64,000 nt of DNA, taken from positions 218,193-282,192 of the forward strand of contig CAWBZM010000003.1 of the NCBI GenBank assembly GCA_963793205.1, in the 5' to 3' direction. The DNA is from an uncultured Gemmatimonadales bacterium (GTDB lineage: Bacteria; Gemmatimonadota; Gemmatimonadetes; Gemmatimonadales; GWC2-71-9). Of the stretch, positions 19,905-30,452 are shown piece by piece. A program made the position numbers and the translations under genes. A model generated the notes under the pieces. It saw nothing but the letters and a program-made list of their open reading frames with translations. It was not told the DNA's origin and searched no databases. Position 1 is the stretch's first letter; each line of letters begins with the position of its first letter.

Positions 19905-22510
19905 ACCCGGCCCGCTGGCTCGGCTGGCTGATTCCGCCTTCGCAGCGGGAAATGGTGCTGGGCGACCTGCAGCAGAACTGCGGTGACCGCCCCGCGCGCT
20001 ATCTGCTGGAACTGTTCTACTCGGCCTGGGTCTGCCACCGACATGGTCCCAGGGCGTCCCACCTGCCCGCCACCTTTCAGGGAGAACCGGTGATGTCGAC
20101 CTCGTGGAACGACCTCCGTCACGCAGTTCGGCAGCTGCGGGCCCGCCCCACCTCCACCGCGCTCATGGTCCTCACCCTGGCCCTCGGCATCGGGGCGACG
20201 ACCGCCACCTTCTCGGTGGTGAATCCGATCCTCTTCCAGGCGCTGCCCTACCCTCACCCCGACCGCATCGTGGCGGTGGCAGAACGGGGCAAGGACGGGG
20301 AGGATCTGGGCACCGGATACGCCACCTTTCTCGATGTCCAGTCGATGACGACCTCCTTCGACGCGCTGGCGGTCACCACCCTGTGGCTCCCGACGCTGCA
20401 GCGCGATGGCGAGCCGGAACGGCTCGATGGCCAGCATGTGACCGGACAGTTCTTCTCCGTCCTGGGGGTGCGGCCGGCGCTGGGTCGCGACTTCTCCGCC
20501 GACGAGAACGTCCGTGGCAACCATCGGGTGATCATTCTGTCCCACGGCTTGTGGCAGCGGCGATTCAACGGTGACCCTGCCATCATCGGTACATCCACCA
20601 CCCTGGATGGCATTCCCTATGTGATCGTCGGGGTGATGCCGCAGGGCTTCGAGAACCTGGTGTCGCCGGGTGCTCAGCTCTGGTCACCGCTGGGGTACGA
20701 CCTCTCCCTCCCCTGGGCCTGCCGCACCTGTCATCACCTGCGGGAATACGGCCGGCTCAAGCCGGGCGTCTCACCCGCAACCGCCCGACGCGAACTCGAC
20801 GTGATCGCCGCCAGGCTGGCCGCGCAGTACCCCACCGAATATGCCGGCAGCGGCATGCTGCTCACGCCGCTGCAGGAGTTGCTCACCGGCGACATCCGGC
20901 CGGCTCTGCTGGCCGTGCTGGGCGCCGTCGGCTTCGTGCTGCTCATTGCCTGCGCCAATGTTTCGAGTCTGCTGCTGGGGCGGGCCATCCAGCGGGAGGA
21001 GGAATTTGCCATTCGGATTGCGCTGGGCGCGCGACGGGGCCGTGTCGTCCGGCAGCTCCTCACGGAGAGTGTGCTGCTGGGTGTGATCGGCGGGCTCGCC
21101 GGGATCGCCCTGGCGTGGCTGGGCGTGCGGGGCCTGACGGCACTGGCGCCGGCCAACCTGCCGCGGCTGCACTACATCGGGATCGACGGTCAGGTCCTGG
21201 GGTTTACCCTGGTGGTGTCGCTGGTGACTGGGGTGCTCTTCGGTCTGGTGCCGGCCATCGCGACCGCTCGGCCGGAACGATTCGCGGGGCTCGCCGCCGG
21301 CGCGCGCCACACCAGTAACCGCGGCCGGCGGACCGCCCGTGCGGTGCTGGTTGGCGGCGAGATTGCCCTGGCCGTGATGCTGCTGGTGGGGGCCGGTCTC
21401 CTCATGCGCAGCCTGGATCACCTGCTGGCGGTCGATCCCGGCTTTGTCACTGATCATCTGTTGACGATGGAAGTCCAGACCACTGGTGCGCACTACGCGG
21501 AGGACGCCCCCACCTGGGCGTTCTGGGACCAGTCGCTCCAGGCGGTCCAGGCGGTGCCCGGCGTCGAGCTGGCGGCATGGACCAGCCAGCTTCCGCTGGG
21601 CGGGAATCATGATCGCTGGGGCGTGCAGATCGAGGGTCGGCCGCTGGCCAATCCCGAGGAAGCGCCGTCGGCCGACCGCTTCTCGGTGACCGCCGACTAT
21701 CTGCGGACCATGGCCATTCCGCTCCGTCGGGGACGAGCCTTTACCTCCGCCGATGACAGCGCCGGTCCCCCGGTCGTGCTGATCAACGAAACCCTGGCAA
21801 CCCTCGGATGGAACGGGGAGGATCCGATCGGGCGGCGGGTGCAGATCGGCGGACCCGACCGTCCGTGGCGGACGGTCGTCGGCATCGTGGGCGATGTGCA
21901 TCACACCGGGCTGGACGAGGTGCAGGCGCCCCAACTGTACCTCCCGGAGTCGCAGGGAAACTTTGCCGACAGCTACATGGCCCTCGCGGTCCGGACGCGG
22001 GGCGATCCCGCCGCGCTGGCGCCCGCCATCCGCCAGGCCATCCGGTCGGTGGATCCGACCCAGCCGATCCTGCACGTCGCTCCCATGGACGCGGTGCTCG
22101 CCTCCACCGCGACCCAGCGGCGTTTCACCTTCGTCCTGTTTCAGGCGTTCGCTGTCGTGGCGCTGATCCTGGCCGCGGCGGGCATCTACGGGGTGCTGAC
22201 CGGCGCTGTCACCGAACGCACCCGGGAAATCGGCATCCGTTCGGCGCTGGGGGCCTCACGGGGCGGGCTGTTGTCCCTGGTCATGGGGCAGGGATTGCGG
22301 TTGACTCTGGCGGGAATGGCGGCGGGCACGGCCGGGGCGATGATCCTCACCCGGTTCCTGCGGAGCATGCTGTTCGGGGTGGGCACGCACGATCCACTGA
22401 CGTTTGCGGGGGTGCTTCTGGTGCTGCTGGCGGTCGCCGTCGTGGCCTGTCTGGCGCCGGCGCTTCGCGCCACGCAGGTCAGTCCGCTGGAAGCATTGAA
22501 ATCCGAGTAG
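19901..22510 (+). CDS. duplicated FtsX/MacB-type ABC permease (ADOP-like) with N-terminal prefix
   Basis: 869 aa with two FtsX modules of 4 TM helices each plus MacB-type periplasmic domains. GTG start overlaps the PadR stop (GTGA). No cognate ATPase gene is adjacent. Confidence 0.85.
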   Translation: MNPARWLGWLIPPSQREMVLGDLQQNCGDRPARYLLELFYSAWVCHRHGPRASHLPATFQGEPVMSTSWNDLRHAVRQLRARPTSTALMVLTLALGIGATTATFSVVNPILFQALPYPHPDRIVAVAERGKDGEDLGTGYATFLDVQSMTTSFDALAVTTLWLPTLQRDGEPERLDGQHVTGQFFSVLGVRPALGRDFSADENVRGNHRVIILSHGLWQRRFNGDPAIIGTSTTLDGIPYVIVGVMPQGFENLVSPGAQLWSPLGYDLSLPWACRTCHHLREYGRLKPGVSPATARRELDVIAARLAAQYPTEYAGSGMLLTPLQELLTGDIRPALLAVLGAVGFVLLIACANVSSLLLGRAIQREEEFAIRIALGARRGRVVRQLLTESVLLGVIGGLAGIALAWLGVRGLTALAPANLPRLHYIGIDGQVLGFTLVVSLVTGVLFGLVPAIATARPERFAGLAAGARHTSNRGRRTARAVLVGGEIALAVMLLVGAGLLMRSLDHLLAVDPGFVTDHLLTMEVQTTGAHYAEDAPTWAFWDQSLQAVQAVPGVELAAWTSQLPLGGNHDRWGVQIEGRPLANPEEAPSADRFSVTADYLRTMAIPLRRGRAFTSADDSAGPPVVLINETLATLGWNGEDPIGRRVQIGGPDRPWRTVVGIVGDVHHTGLDEVQAPQLYLPESQGNFADSYMALAVRTRGDPAALAPAIRQAIRSVDPTQPILHVAPMDAVLASTATQRRFTFVLFQAFAVVALILAAAGIYGVLTGAVTERTREIGIRSALGASRGGLLSLVMGQGLRLTLAGMAAGTAGAMILTRFLRSMLFGVGTHDPLTFAGVLLVLLAVAVVACLAPALRATQVSPLEALKSE

Positions 22511-22527
22511 GGCGCCGGCCCGCGGGG

Positions 22528-23028
22528 TCAGGCGCTGAATTCCAGCAGCACCTTGCCCTTATCAACCGCGGCGCCGGGTTCGACCAGCACCGCTTTGATG
22601 CGCCCACCGACGGTGGCCCGCAATTCGTTCTCCATTTTCATGGCTTCCAGGACGACCAGACCCTGACCGGGCTGCACCTCCTGGCCCGGTGTGACCAGGA
22701 CACGGAGCACCAGTCCAGGCATGGGGGCTTTCAAGCTGACGGGGCCGGTCCGCGCCCCGGAACTGCCCGTCAGGCTGCGGATGTGGGCCGTCCGCTCGTC
22801 CATGACCCCGGCCTCGACCGCGATCCCGTCGTGCAGCAACCGCCAGACGCCGGCTTCACCCGGCTGCAGGACCATGGTCACCGACTGATCCCCCAGGAGT
22901 AACTGCCGGACCGGCGTCCCGGGAACGCGCGACAGTCGCGCTGGCATCGCCCGGCCATCCACCCGGACCACCTCCCCATCGACCTCGACCACGCGATCGT
23001 GTCCGTCGATGGTCACGGTGTACTTCAC
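22528..23028 (-). CDS. biotin carboxyl carrier (biotinyl domain) protein
   Basis: C-terminal [11 protein letters not shown] biotinylation motif. GTG start overlaps the stop of the upstream methyltransferase. Confidence 0.88.
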   Translation of the reverse strand: MKYTVTIDGHDRVVEVDGEVVRVDGRAMPARLSRVPGTPVRQLLLGDQSVTMVLQPGEAGVWRLLHDGIAVEAGVMDERTAHIRSLTGSSGARTGPVSLKAPMPGLVLRVLVTPGQEVQPGQGLVVLEAMKMENELRATVGGRIKAVLVEPGAAVDKGKVLLEFSA

Positions 23029-24344
23029 ACAGCCTCCAGTACGGCGACGGTTTCCAGGTGAGCGGTCTGGGGGAAGAGGTCGAAGGGCTGGACCTCGGTC
23101 AGCCGATACGTCGCCCCACTTGATGACCCGGCGCCGCCGCAGAGCCGGCCCAGGTCACGGGAAAGGGTGGCTGGATCGCAGGAGATGTAGACCAGTCGGC
23201 GAGGCGGACGGGCCAGCAGGCCGCTCACCACAGCGGGGGCCATGCCGGTCCTCGGCGGGTTGGTGATCGCAAAGGTCGCCGGGTCGAGCGATCCGACCAC
23301 CCGTTCGACCAGGCCGGTGTGCAGTCGCGCCGGCCGAGTCGGCTGCCGCAGCAGGTCGTCCCCGGAGGCGGCGGCATCGCCGATGGCGGCAGCGGCCCAC
23401 TCCACGGCGCGACGATCGAGTTCAACACTCTCGACGGTCGCCCCCAGCGCCAGCAGTGCGCGGGTGGTGTCGCCGATCCCGCTATAGAGATCCCAGCCGT
23501 GGATGCCCGCGACCGGGCCCAGCCGACCGATCGCATACTCCCGGATCTGGTCACCGAAGGCGGGAAACACCTGCTCAAAGACGGTCGCCGGAGTCGTCTC
23601 CCGCCGTCCCGCCATGATGCGCGGGACACCGTCATCCGGATGCCACCAGATCGTGAGATTCGGCCGATCACACCGGGTCGCCAGCACCTTCGCCTCGGTC
23701 CAGGCAGCGGTCCCGGCCGCCTTGACCGTCAGGTGTTCGCCACCGGCGCGATCGACCCGCAGGATGATCTGCGTACGTATCGGAGGGCAGCAGGGTGAGG
23801 TGGGGGCGGACCGCGTCCCAGAGGTCGCGCACCTGCGGATCGGCGATCTCACAGCGTTCGAGCGGGAAGACTGCATCGGCTGGTCGACCGGGTGAAAGCC
23901 GGCGAAGCGCATCCCCGGTCCCGGGGCGAGCGTGATCCGGCTGCGGTAGTCCCACATCATCGGCGCGGCCACCAGTTCGGGCACCACCACATCCAGTTTG
24001 CCGATCCGCCGCAGGGTGTCGGCCAGCATGGAGCGCTTGGCGTCGCGTTGCACCGCGGGGTCGAGGTGCTGCAACTGACAGCCGCCGCAGTCGTGGCCGA
24101 CGTAGTGCCGGCAGCGCGGCGGCACGCGACTCGGGCCGCTCTCCTGCAGCATCCCGACCCGGCCGCGGGCGAAGCGGGCGTGCACGGCAACCTGGGCCAG
24201 CTCCACCAGGTCTCCCGGCGCCGTGCGTGGCACGAAGACGGTCCGGCCATCCGGCATCCGCCCGACGCCGTCCCCTCCGGTGGCGAGTCGCTCGATCCGA
24301 ACCGTAATTCCCGTTGAGCTGGCGGAGCGGGCGGGCACCGTCAT
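23025..24344 (-). pseudogene. TRAM/RumA-type 23S rRNA (uracil-C5)-methyltransferase, out of frame for about 110 nt as sequenced
   Basis: TRAM-like N-terminus, CGGCQLQH cluster, SAM-MTase C-terminus with [11 protein letters not shown]. The conserved stretch ADAVFPLERCEIADPQVRDLWDAVRPHLTLLPS is encoded in another frame between about 23885 and 23770. The ATG at 24344 overlaps the accC stop. Confidence 0.75.
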
Positions 24345-25843
24345 CGCAGCCCCTCGCGCCGACCGGTGTCCAGCCAACGCGACCGGGCCTCCGCGGCGTC
24401 GCTCACCACCGGACGCCGGGCCTGCCGGGCCTCGTCCTCGGCCAGTGCCGCGGCGACGGAGAGGGCGAGTCGAGCGGAGTCGGGCACGTCGGCCGTAAGC
24501 AGGTCGGGGCGGCGGTCGAGGAACTGGCTGTCGATCTCGGATCGCAGGAAGGCGTCGTCCGCGAGCAGACGCAGGTGGAACGCGATATTGGTCGCGACGC
24601 CCGCCACGACTAATTCCCGTAGCGCGCGGCGCATGCGCCCCACCGCCGCGTCCCTATCCACCCCCCAGGTGATGACCTTGCCGAGCAGGGAGTCGTAGTA
24701 GAGCGTGACGTCGTTCCCCGCCTCGAAGCCGCCATCCCAGCGCACCCCTGGTCCGGCCGGTGGGCGGAGATACTCGATGCGGCCGGTCGAGGGGAGAAAG
24801 CCGTTGCCGGGGTCCTCGCTCGTGATGCGGCATTCGAGCGCCCACCCGCGCGGAGTCAGCGGTCCCGCCGGCACCCGCATCGGCAGGCCCTGCGCAATCC
24901 GCAACTGTTCCCGCACCAGGTCGATCCCGTACACCAGTTCGGTCACGGGGTGCTCCACCTGGATCCGGGTGTTCATTTCGAGGAAGTAGAACGAGCCATC
25001 GGCCGCCAGCAGGAACTCGCAGGTGCCGGCGCCGCGATACTCGACCGCCGCCGCCGCCGCGACGGCCGCGGCGCCCATCCGCTCGCGCAGGTCGGCAGAT
25101 ACCGCGGCGGAGGGCGCTTCCTCGACCAGTTTCTGGTGCCGCCGCTGCACCGAGCATTCGCGCTCGCCGAGATGCACCGTCCGCTGGTGGTCCGCCAGGA
25201 CCTGGATCTCCACGTGCCGGGGCCGTTCGACGTACTTCTCGAGGTAGACGCTGGGATCACCGAAGGCCTTCTGGGCCTCGGACGCCGCCGTCTGCAGCGC
25301 CCCCGTCAGCTCTGCCTCGGCCCGGACCACCCGCATGCCCTTCCCGCCACCACCGGCCGCCGCCTTCACCAGGATGGGGTAGCCGATCTCCCGCGCCGCG
25401 ATCACGGCGGCAGCGGCATCGGTAATCGGCAGGATCAGGCCCGGGACGATCGGCACACCGGCCGCCTGCATCCGCCGGCGGGCTTCGGTCTTGTCGCCCA
25501 TGGCGGTGATCGCGGATGCCGGTGGACCAACGAAGACCAGCCCGGCGTCGACCACCGCCTGGGCGAAATGGGCCCGCTCGGCCAGGAAGCCATACCCGGG
25601 ATGGACCGCCCCGGCCCCGGTGGCACGCGCCGCCGCGAGCAGTTTATCCACCCGGAGATAGCTCTCGCCGGGAGGCGCGGCGCCGAGGTTCACCGCGTAG
25701 TCGGCCGCCCGCACATGGGGCGAGAGGCGATCGACCTCGGAATAGACCGCGACCGCCTCGAGCCCTTCCTCGTGGCAGGCGCGAATGATCCGCAGGGCGA
25801 TTTCACCCCGGTTGGCGACGAGGACTCTGGAAAACCGGGTCAT
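24341..25843 (-). CDS. accC: biotin carboxylase subunit of an acyl-CoA carboxylase
   Basis: ATP-grasp biotin carboxylase (VLVANRGEIALRI, GGGGKGMR, EMNTRIQVEHPVTE), about 50 aa longer than typical AccC. Confidence 0.92.
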   Translation of the reverse strand: MTRFSRVLVANRGEIALRIIRACHEEGLEAVAVYSEVDRLSPHVRAADYAVNLGAAPPGESYLRVDKLLAAARATGAGAVHPGYGFLAERAHFAQAVVDAGLVFVGPPASAITAMGDKTEARRRMQAAGVPIVPGLILPITDAAAAVIAAREIGYPILVKAAAGGGGKGMRVVRAEAELTGALQTAASEAQKAFGDPSVYLEKYVERPRHVEIQVLADHQRTVHLGERECSVQRRHQKLVEEAPSAAVSADLRERMGAAAVAAAAAVEYRGAGTCEFLLAADGSFYFLEMNTRIQVEHPVTELVYGIDLVREQLRIAQGLPMRVPAGPLTPRGWALECRITSEDPGNGFLPSTGRIEYLRPPAGPGVRWDGGFEAGNDVTLYYDSLLGKVITWGVDRDAAVGRMRRALRELVVAGVATNIAFHLRLLADDAFLRSEIDSQFLDRRPDLLTADVPDSARLALSVAAALAEDEARQARRPVVSDAAEARSRWLDTGRREGLR

Positions 25844-25861
25844 GCGAACCTGCGCGAAACG

Positions 25862-26839
25862 CTAGTTGCCGCAGGCGCCGCGGTTGCGGGCACCGAGGGG
25901 AAGGAGCAGCGAGGTGCAGAGTTGCGGATTGTAGCGGGCGGCCTGGACATAGAGGTCGGTGACTTCGCGGGCCACACCGCTGGGCTGGGTGCGCCAGGCA
26001 GTCGTCAGCTCGATGATGCTGAGCGGTTCGCTGGCATCGGTCGCGGCCGGCCCGCCCACCCGCACCAGCCGGATCGGTCGGAGGGTGATGTGCGGCGTGG
26101 TGGCGGAGTCGGTGCCGGGGCTGAGGCAGACGGGGCGGCGCGAGGCGGTGCGGGCGAGGGCCTCCGGCACCGTGCTGTTTGCGTCTACCTGGAGCGAGGT
26201 GGCCATCCGGGTGCGATATATCGAGTCCTGCCGATACAGGCCGGGGAGCAGCAGGAGCAGGTCACCCCGGTCGCGCCGTATGGTGAGCACACCCCAGACC
26301 CCAGCCGCCTCCAGGTCCGTACCCAGCACCAGCACCCCGCCGATAGGGCAGGAGTTGATCAGGTTGCCGCCCGCTTCCAGCAGGTGTGACGGGGGCAGCG
26401 CGCCGGGGGACCGCTGGTACTCGGCGGACCCGACCACCCAACCCGAGGTCTCCACCAGAAGTGAGAGGCGATCTACTTCGACCAGGGCTCGCAGCAGCTG
26501 TCCCGAATCGGTGGGAAGCCGGAGCGACTCATCCAGGGCGGTGGCGGAGAGGTCCAGGAAGAGCTGGCCGCCGGGATCGCCCCGATGCCCATTGCGATGC
26601 CAGGCGCGGCTGTCGAGCAGGTAGAAGTAACCCAACTGCATCCAGGCGGCGGCGTCATCGGGCGCCGTCGCGAGATACTGCCCAAGCAACTCGGTGGCCT
26701 CGGTGCGCGCGCCTTGCCGAGCCATCGCAGCGGCACGCGGCGCGACGGACGGATCGACGGCGGCTTGAGCAGCAAGAGCGCAGGGGAGCAGCGCGGCGCC
26801 GACGAACGCGAGGAGGGAGCGAGTGTGTGAAGTCACCAT
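25862..26839 (-). CDS. secreted hypothetical protein inside the carboxylase operon
   Basis: Signal-peptide-like LLAFVGAALLPCALAAQA after the ATG at 26839. I recognise no family. Confidence 0.6.
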   Translation of the reverse strand: MVTSHTRSLLAFVGAALLPCALAAQAAVDPSVAPRAAAMARQGARTEATELLGQYLATAPDDAAAWMQLGYFYLLDSRAWHRNGHRGDPGGQLFLDLSATALDESLRLPTDSGQLLRALVEVDRLSLLVETSGWVVGSAEYQRSPGALPPSHLLEAGGNLINSCPIGGVLVLGTDLEAAGVWGVLTIRRDRGDLLLLLPGLYRQDSIYRTRMATSLQVDANSTVPEALARTASRRPVCLSPGTDSATTPHITLRPIRLVRVGGPAATDASEPLSIIELTTAWRTQPSGVAREVTDLYVQAARYNPQLCTSLLLPLGARNRGACGN

Positions 26840-26992
26840 CGAGGCGGAAGTTATGGTTTGGGACGGGGTTGCGCTAGGGCGGCTCACCGGCCCGAAGATA
26901 TCGCCTGGGCGATTGGGCTGTTGGCCGAGAGGGGGTTTGAGCCCCGGGAACGTTGCGGCTTGGGCACCTAGAACGATGTGCCGCCGAGCCGC

Positions 26993-28546
26993 CTAGAGCG
27001 GAAGATTCCCGTGCTTCCGTGGCGGATTCCGGTCCCGCTTGGTCGCCAGGGTCCGCAGCCCCTCGATCAGCCGCAGCCGGGTATCGCGCGGGTCAATCAC
27101 GTCGTCCACGTACCCCCGCCCCGCCGCCATATAGGGATTGGCGAAGGTTTCGGTGTACTGGTCAATGCGGCGTGCCGCCTCTGCCTCATGATCCGGCGCC
27201 TGGTCAATTTCCTTTTTGAACAGGATCTCCACCGCTCCCTTGGGGCCCATGACCGCGATTTCGGCCGAGGGCCACGCCAGGTTGAGGTCCCCGCGAATGT
27301 GCTTCGAACTCATCACGTCATACGCCCCGCCGTATGCTTTGCGTGTGATCACGGTCAGCTTCGGGACTGTCGCCTCGCAATAGGCATAGAGCAGTTTTGC
27401 CCCGTGCTTGATGATTCCACCGTGCTCCTGGGCGACCCCCGGCAGGAAGCCGGGTACATCTACAAAGGTGACGACCGGAATATTGAAACAGTCACAGAAC
27501 CGGATGAACCGGGCGGCCTTGAGTGAGGCATTGATGTCGAGGACGCCGGCCAGTACCGCCGGCTGATTCGCCACGATCCCGACCGGGCGACCGCCCAGTC
27601 GCCCGAAGGTGGTGATGATGTTCCCGGCGTACTCGGTGTGGACTTCGAGGAGCGAATCGCGATCCATCACGAGGCGGATGACCTCGTGCATGTCATACGG
27701 TTTGCTGGGTGTGTCGGGCAGCAGGTCGAGCAGGCGTTCCTCCCGCCGATCCACCGGATCGTCCCCCTGGAGGATCGGGGGTTCCTCCAGATTGTTCGGC
27801 GGCAGATAGGCCATGAGGGCGCGAACCGCCGCGAGGCTCGCGGGCTCCGAGTCATGCACGAAATGCGAGACGCCACTGACGCCCGAGTGGGTATCGGCGC
27901 CACCCAGCTGGTCGAAGCTGACTTCCTCGTGAGTGACCGTCTTAACCACGTTGGGGCCGGTCACGAACATGTAGCTGACGCCCCGGACCATGAAGATGAA
28001 GTCGGTGATGGCCGGGCTGTACACCGCCCCACCGGCACAGGGGCCCAGGATGACGGAGATCTGCGGGACCACCCCGGAGGCCAGCGTGTTGCGGAGAAAG
28101 ATCTCGGCGTACCCGCCCAGCGAGGCCACCCCTTCCTGGATGCGGGCGCCGCCGGAGTCGTTGAGTCCGATGACCGGCGCGCCGTTTCGCAGGGCGAGAT
28201 CCATGACCTTACAGATCTTCTCCGCAAAGGTCTCCGACAAACTCCCGCCAAAGACGGTGAAGTCCTGCGAGAAGACGTAGACCAGCCGGCCGTCGATCCG
28301 GCCGTGACCGGTGACCACCCCATCGCCCAGATACTGCTGGTCCTGCAGACCGAAGTCGGTGCATCGGTGGGTCACAAAGCGATCGAGCTCGACGAAGCTG
28401 CCCGGGTCGAGCAGCAGATCGAGCCGCTCCCGGGCCGACAGCTTGCCCTTCTTGTGCTGCTGGGCAATCCGGTCAGGTCCCCCGCCCTGTTCGGCGAGTG
28501 CCTGCTTGTGGTGGAGCTGGTCGAGAAGTTCGCGAGGGGTTGGCAT
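26993..28546 (-). CDS. pccB: acyl-CoA carboxylase carboxyltransferase (propionyl-CoA carboxylase beta / methylmalonyl-CoA carboxyltransferase type)
   Basis: 517 aa, full-length PccB-like protein ([24 protein letters not shown], and others). Confidence 0.92.
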   Translation of the reverse strand: MPTPRELLDQLHHKQALAEQGGGPDRIAQQHKKGKLSARERLDLLLDPGSFVELDRFVTHRCTDFGLQDQQYLGDGVVTGHGRIDGRLVYVFSQDFTVFGGSLSETFAEKICKVMDLALRNGAPVIGLNDSGGARIQEGVASLGGYAEIFLRNTLASGVVPQISVILGPCAGGAVYSPAITDFIFMVRGVSYMFVTGPNVVKTVTHEEVSFDQLGGADTHSGVSGVSHFVHDSEPASLAAVRALMAYLPPNNLEEPPILQGDDPVDRREERLLDLLPDTPSKPYDMHEVIRLVMDRDSLLEVHTEYAGNIITTFGRLGGRPVGIVANQPAVLAGVLDINASLKAARFIRFCDCFNIPVVTFVDVPGFLPGVAQEHGGIIKHGAKLLYAYCEATVPKLTVITRKAYGGAYDVMSSKHIRGDLNLAWPSAEIAVMGPKGAVEILFKKEIDQAPDHEAEAARRIDQYTETFANPYMAAGRGYVDDVIDPRDTRLRLIEGLRTLATKRDRNPPRKHGNLPL

Positions 28547-28563
28547 GGTTGGAGAAAATAGGC

Positions 28564-28745
28564 GGGTACGCGGGTACGCGGGTAGGCGGGTACGTGGGTA
28601 CGCGGGTACGTGGGTACGTGGGTACGTGGGTACGTGGGTACGCGGGTACGTGGGTACGTGGGTAGACTAAAAGCGAAGGGAGAGATCCGTGAGGACCTCC
28701 CCCTTCCTGCGTAGCTACCCGCGTACCAACCTACCCCCGTACCGC
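28564..28745. repeat. hairpin microsatellite element B (8-mer GGGTACGY)
   Basis: About 13 tandem GGGTACGY units at 28564-28665. The loop has its own stem GAAGGGAGAG/CTCCCCCTTC. Degenerate reverse-complement units at 28709-28745 run directly into the rpsA stop codon. Confidence 0.85.
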
Positions 28746-30452
28746 CTACTCCTCCGCCGGGCTCTCGTCGATCACGGGACGCACAGGCGGGATGATCGGC
28801 TCGTCGGGATATCCGATCACGGCCAGTACGATCCGGTGATGGATCGGGTCGACCTCGAGCACCTTGAGATCCACCGCCTGGCCTTCCTTCACGGCGTCGC
28901 CGGGGTTCTCGATGTTGGCGATCCCGAGCTGGGACATCGGCACGAAGCCTTCGATGTCGTTGCCCATGTCGACCACCACGCCCTTGTCCATCAGGCGGGC
29001 GACGCGGCCCTTCATCTCGGTGCCGATCGGGAAGGTCTCGCCGATCTTGAGCCACGGATCCTCTTCCGCCTGCTTGAGGCCGAGGGAGATCCGCTTGTTG
29101 TCGCCGTCGATGTTGAGGATGACGACGTTCACGCCGTCGCCCTTCTTCACCACTTCCGACGGATGCTGCACCCGCTTGGTCCACGACATGTCGGAGATGT
29201 GGATCAGGCCGTCGATGCCCGGCTCGATCTCCACGAAGGCGCCGAAGCTGGTCAGGTTGCGCACCTTGCCGCTGATGCGGGTGCCGACCGGGTACTTGAG
29301 CGGCAGCACGGTCCACGGATCCTGCTCGGTCTGCTTCATGCCGAGCGAGATCTTCTCTTCGCTCTCGTCGACCTTGAGGACCACCGCCTCGATGGTCTCG
29401 CCGATGGAGACGATCTTGGACGGATGGCGGACGTTGCGGGTCCAGCTCATCTCGCTGATGTGCACCAGGCCTTCGATCCCCGGCTCCAGCTCCACAAAGG
29501 CGCCGTAGTTGGTGATCGAGACGACCTTGCCCTGCACCCGGGTGCCGACCGGATACCGCTCGGCGACCTTCTGCCACGGGTACGGCTGCAGCTGCTTCAT
29601 GCCCAGGCTGATGCGCTCACGCTGCCAGTCGATGTCGAGGATCTTGACCTCGACCTCGCGGCCGATGCCGACCATCTCGGTCGGGTGCGACACGCGGCCG
29701 TACGACATGTCGGTGATGTGCAGCAGGCCGTCGACACCGCCGAGGTCGATGAACGCCCCGAAGTCGGTGATGTTCTTGACGATGCCCTTCCGCACCTGGC
29801 CCACCGCCAGCTCCTTCATCAGGTGCTCGCGCTTGTGGGCCCGCTCGTTCTCCAGGATCACGCGACGGCTGACGACAATGTTCCGCCGGCGCTTGTTCAG
29901 CTTGATGATCTTGAAGTCGTAGCTCTGGCCCAGCAGCTCGTCGATATTCGGCACCCGCCGCAGGGCGATCTGGCTGCCCGGCAGGAACGCGTCGACGCCC
30001 ATCAGGTTCACCACCACGCCACCCTTGATCTTCTTGACCAGGGTGCCCATGACCGGCTGGTCGCTCTCGTGCGCCAGCTTGATCTTCTCCCACACCCGCA
30101 TGAAGTCGGCCTTCTTCTTGGAGAGCACAACGGCGCCCTCCTGGTCCTCGAGATGCTCGAGGAACACTTCGACTTCATCGCCCGGCTGGGGCGGATCCTT
30201 GAACTCGTCCAGCGGAACCGATCCCTCGGACTTGAAACCGACGTCGAGGATGACGGCGCTCTCGGTGACGCGCAGTACCTTCGACTTGACGATCTCGCCC
30301 TCGACGATCTGGGACATCGTCCCTTCGTACATCGAGAGCATCTGCTCGTATTCGGCTTCGGAATAGTCCTCGTCATACAGATCCGCGCGGACCCGGAGGC
30401 CGGCGGACAGGGCGGGACGTTGCTCGATGGCGGTGGAGGTCTCAGCAGGCAC
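28746..30452 (-). CDS. rpsA: 30S ribosomal protein S1
   Basis: Six S1 domains. GTG at 30452 is preceded by AAGGA and preferred over the ORF-track start at 30716. Confidence 0.9.
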   Translation of the reverse strand: MPAETSTAIEQRPALSAGLRVRADLYDEDYSEAEYEQMLSMYEGTMSQIVEGEIVKSKVLRVTESAVILDVGFKSEGSVPLDEFKDPPQPGDEVEVFLEHLEDQEGAVVLSKKKADFMRVWEKIKLAHESDQPVMGTLVKKIKGGVVVNLMGVDAFLPGSQIALRRVPNIDELLGQSYDFKIIKLNKRRRNIVVSRRVILENERAHKREHLMKELAVGQVRKGIVKNITDFGAFIDLGGVDGLLHITDMSYGRVSHPTEMVGIGREVEVKILDIDWQRERISLGMKQLQPYPWQKVAERYPVGTRVQGKVVSITNYGAFVELEPGIEGLVHISEMSWTRNVRHPSKIVSIGETIEAVVLKVDESEEKISLGMKQTEQDPWTVLPLKYPVGTRISGKVRNLTSFGAFVEIEPGIDGLIHISDMSWTKRVQHPSEVVKKGDGVNVVILNIDGDNKRISLGLKQAEEDPWLKIGETFPIGTEMKGRVARLMDKGVVVDMGNDIEGFVPMSQLGIANIENPGDAVKEGQAVDLKVLEVDPIHHRIVLAVIGYPDEPIIPPVRPVIDESPAEE

